A model generated the notes under the pieces. It was not told the DNA's origin. It ran no database searches and saw only the letters and a program-made list of their open reading frames with translations. A program made the translations under genes and the position numbers. Shown one piece after another: positions 63,086 through 64,000 of a stretch of 64,000 nucleotides of DNA. Each line of letters begins with the position of its first letter. Position 1 is the first letter of the stretch. This stretch comes from an uncultured delta proteobacterium (GTDB taxonomy: Bacteria > Desulfobacterota > Syntrophobacteria > Syntrophobacterales > Syntrophobacteraceae), in assembly GCA_963808625.1 (NCBI GenBank), contig CAWEHK010000049.1, positions 18,875 to 82,874 of the forward strand, read 5' to 3'.

Positions 63086-63345
63086 CAGCGCGGCGCCGGC
63101 AACGGGTTGTCGGTGTCAAGGCTATCCGCCCACGCTTGCACAGCCTGGTGGTCGATAACATGCCCGGCATCGACATCGGCCAACGCCTCCAGGGTCAGCC
63201 GACGACGTTCTTCTTCCTGCTCAACCCAAGCGGCCAACGCCTGTTTAATGATCCAGCCACGCGAGCGCTCCAAGCGGGCGGCCAACTGATCGACTTTCTC
63301 GGCTAACGACAAAGGGACGTGCGCAGTTAGCACTTTGGTCGTCAT
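63085..63345 (-). CDS. CopG/RHH antitoxin, copy 2
   Basis: Overlaps the toxin start; duplicated with upstream DNA at 56589..56965. Confidence 0.88.
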   Translation of the reverse strand: MTTKVLTAHVPLSLAEKVDQLAARLERSRGWIIKQALAAWVEQEEERRRLTLEALADVDAGHVIDHQAVQAWADSLDTDNPLPAPR

Positions 63346-64000
63346 TTGGAATCTCCTTTCAGGGGCGGCAGAATCCGGCTCTCGTAGGCCACATGATGCC
63401 GCCCACCGGCCACACCGCCCGGCCAGTTCGCACCAGCCAAACCTATGGCATTGCTGATCTGCGATGTTCAATCATGATAAATCAATTCAAATCATAGCGA
63501 TTAACCGTGATCGGTTCAAGGTTGAGCGTAAGACCAATCTGTACCTAAAGTCACCCGAGATTCAGTTCGTCGTCAGCGGCGCCGTGACCCCCCGGAATAA
63601 CTCCCTCGGTTTGACCTGCACGCAGTGGCAGTTTTTGGAAGAGAGCGGGAACCGAATGGTGACCTCGTTTGGCCCGTTTGGCTTTCATGGCATTTTCTCC
63701 GTGGTCGTTTCGACCTCGAAGACACGTCCGAAATCATACGCCAGCAAGGACTATGGGCCTGGATTGTTCAGCCGTAGAGGCATTGCTATTAAGCGCCACA
63801 AAATGGGGTTATTTTTTAATGACTGGTCCTGTAATATCAGGTACTTAGCGATACTGCCCATGGCATTATTCCTGTGATGTCAGGAAGTTAACTTGGCCCG
63901 ACCCCGTTTGGTTTTGGTTCCGATTAATTCGCAACGACGCTTCGGGCTTTTGCCGTAATCGCTTCATAGCAGGGGGTACCCCCAATTCTTGCGCAGCGGC

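Noticed and set aside
56366..63630. Integron cassette array
   Set aside because: No RYYYAAC..GTTRRRY attC structures were recognised after the genes, and there is no intI in the window.
63640..63750. Third pglX-like tail
   Set aside because: Only vague similarity; the YDW.HLA and IAIAHG motifs are absent.
63924..64000. Possible 3' end of a minus-strand gene (PLRKNWGTPCYEAITAKARSVVAN*)
   Set aside because: Too short to identify or support.

Overview
Chromosomal window of roughly 55-60% GC (estimated by eye), most consistent with a Desulfobacterota/Syntrophobacter-like deltaproteobacterium; this is an inference from gene content such as the DVU0772 family, tupA and the GEGP diheme protein. 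About 18 genes carry single-base frameshifts, so the sequence is probably an unpolished long-read assembly and most split ORFs are likely intact genes. In order it contains: sirtuin, FAH hydrolase, hemolysin III and a Memo-AMMECR1 fusion; a ~1,700-aa PEP-synthase/dikinase-like protein with reversed domain order, followed by an intact MaeB homolog whose catalytic and metal-binding residues are replaced (best candidate for a new system); an arsenic/thiol-redox cluster; modE-like, tupA and a secreted diheme protein with a Moco-oxidoreductase-like fold under a promoter with a palindromic operator; two tRNA-Ser genes; a type IV minor pilin/PilY1 cluster; a STAS / ABC exporter / cNMP / anti-sigma kinase module; a hybrid kinase, efflux pumps, a TIR-TM protein, mutM, panE and yhhQ. 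From ~56.4 kb there is a mostly minus-strand mosaic of toxin-antitoxin modules interleaved with repeated gene 3' ends, including two diverged BREX pglX-like tails. Intergenic DNA is rich in MITE-like elements carrying REP-like hairpins. No CRISPR array, rRNA, transposase or integrase was seen.
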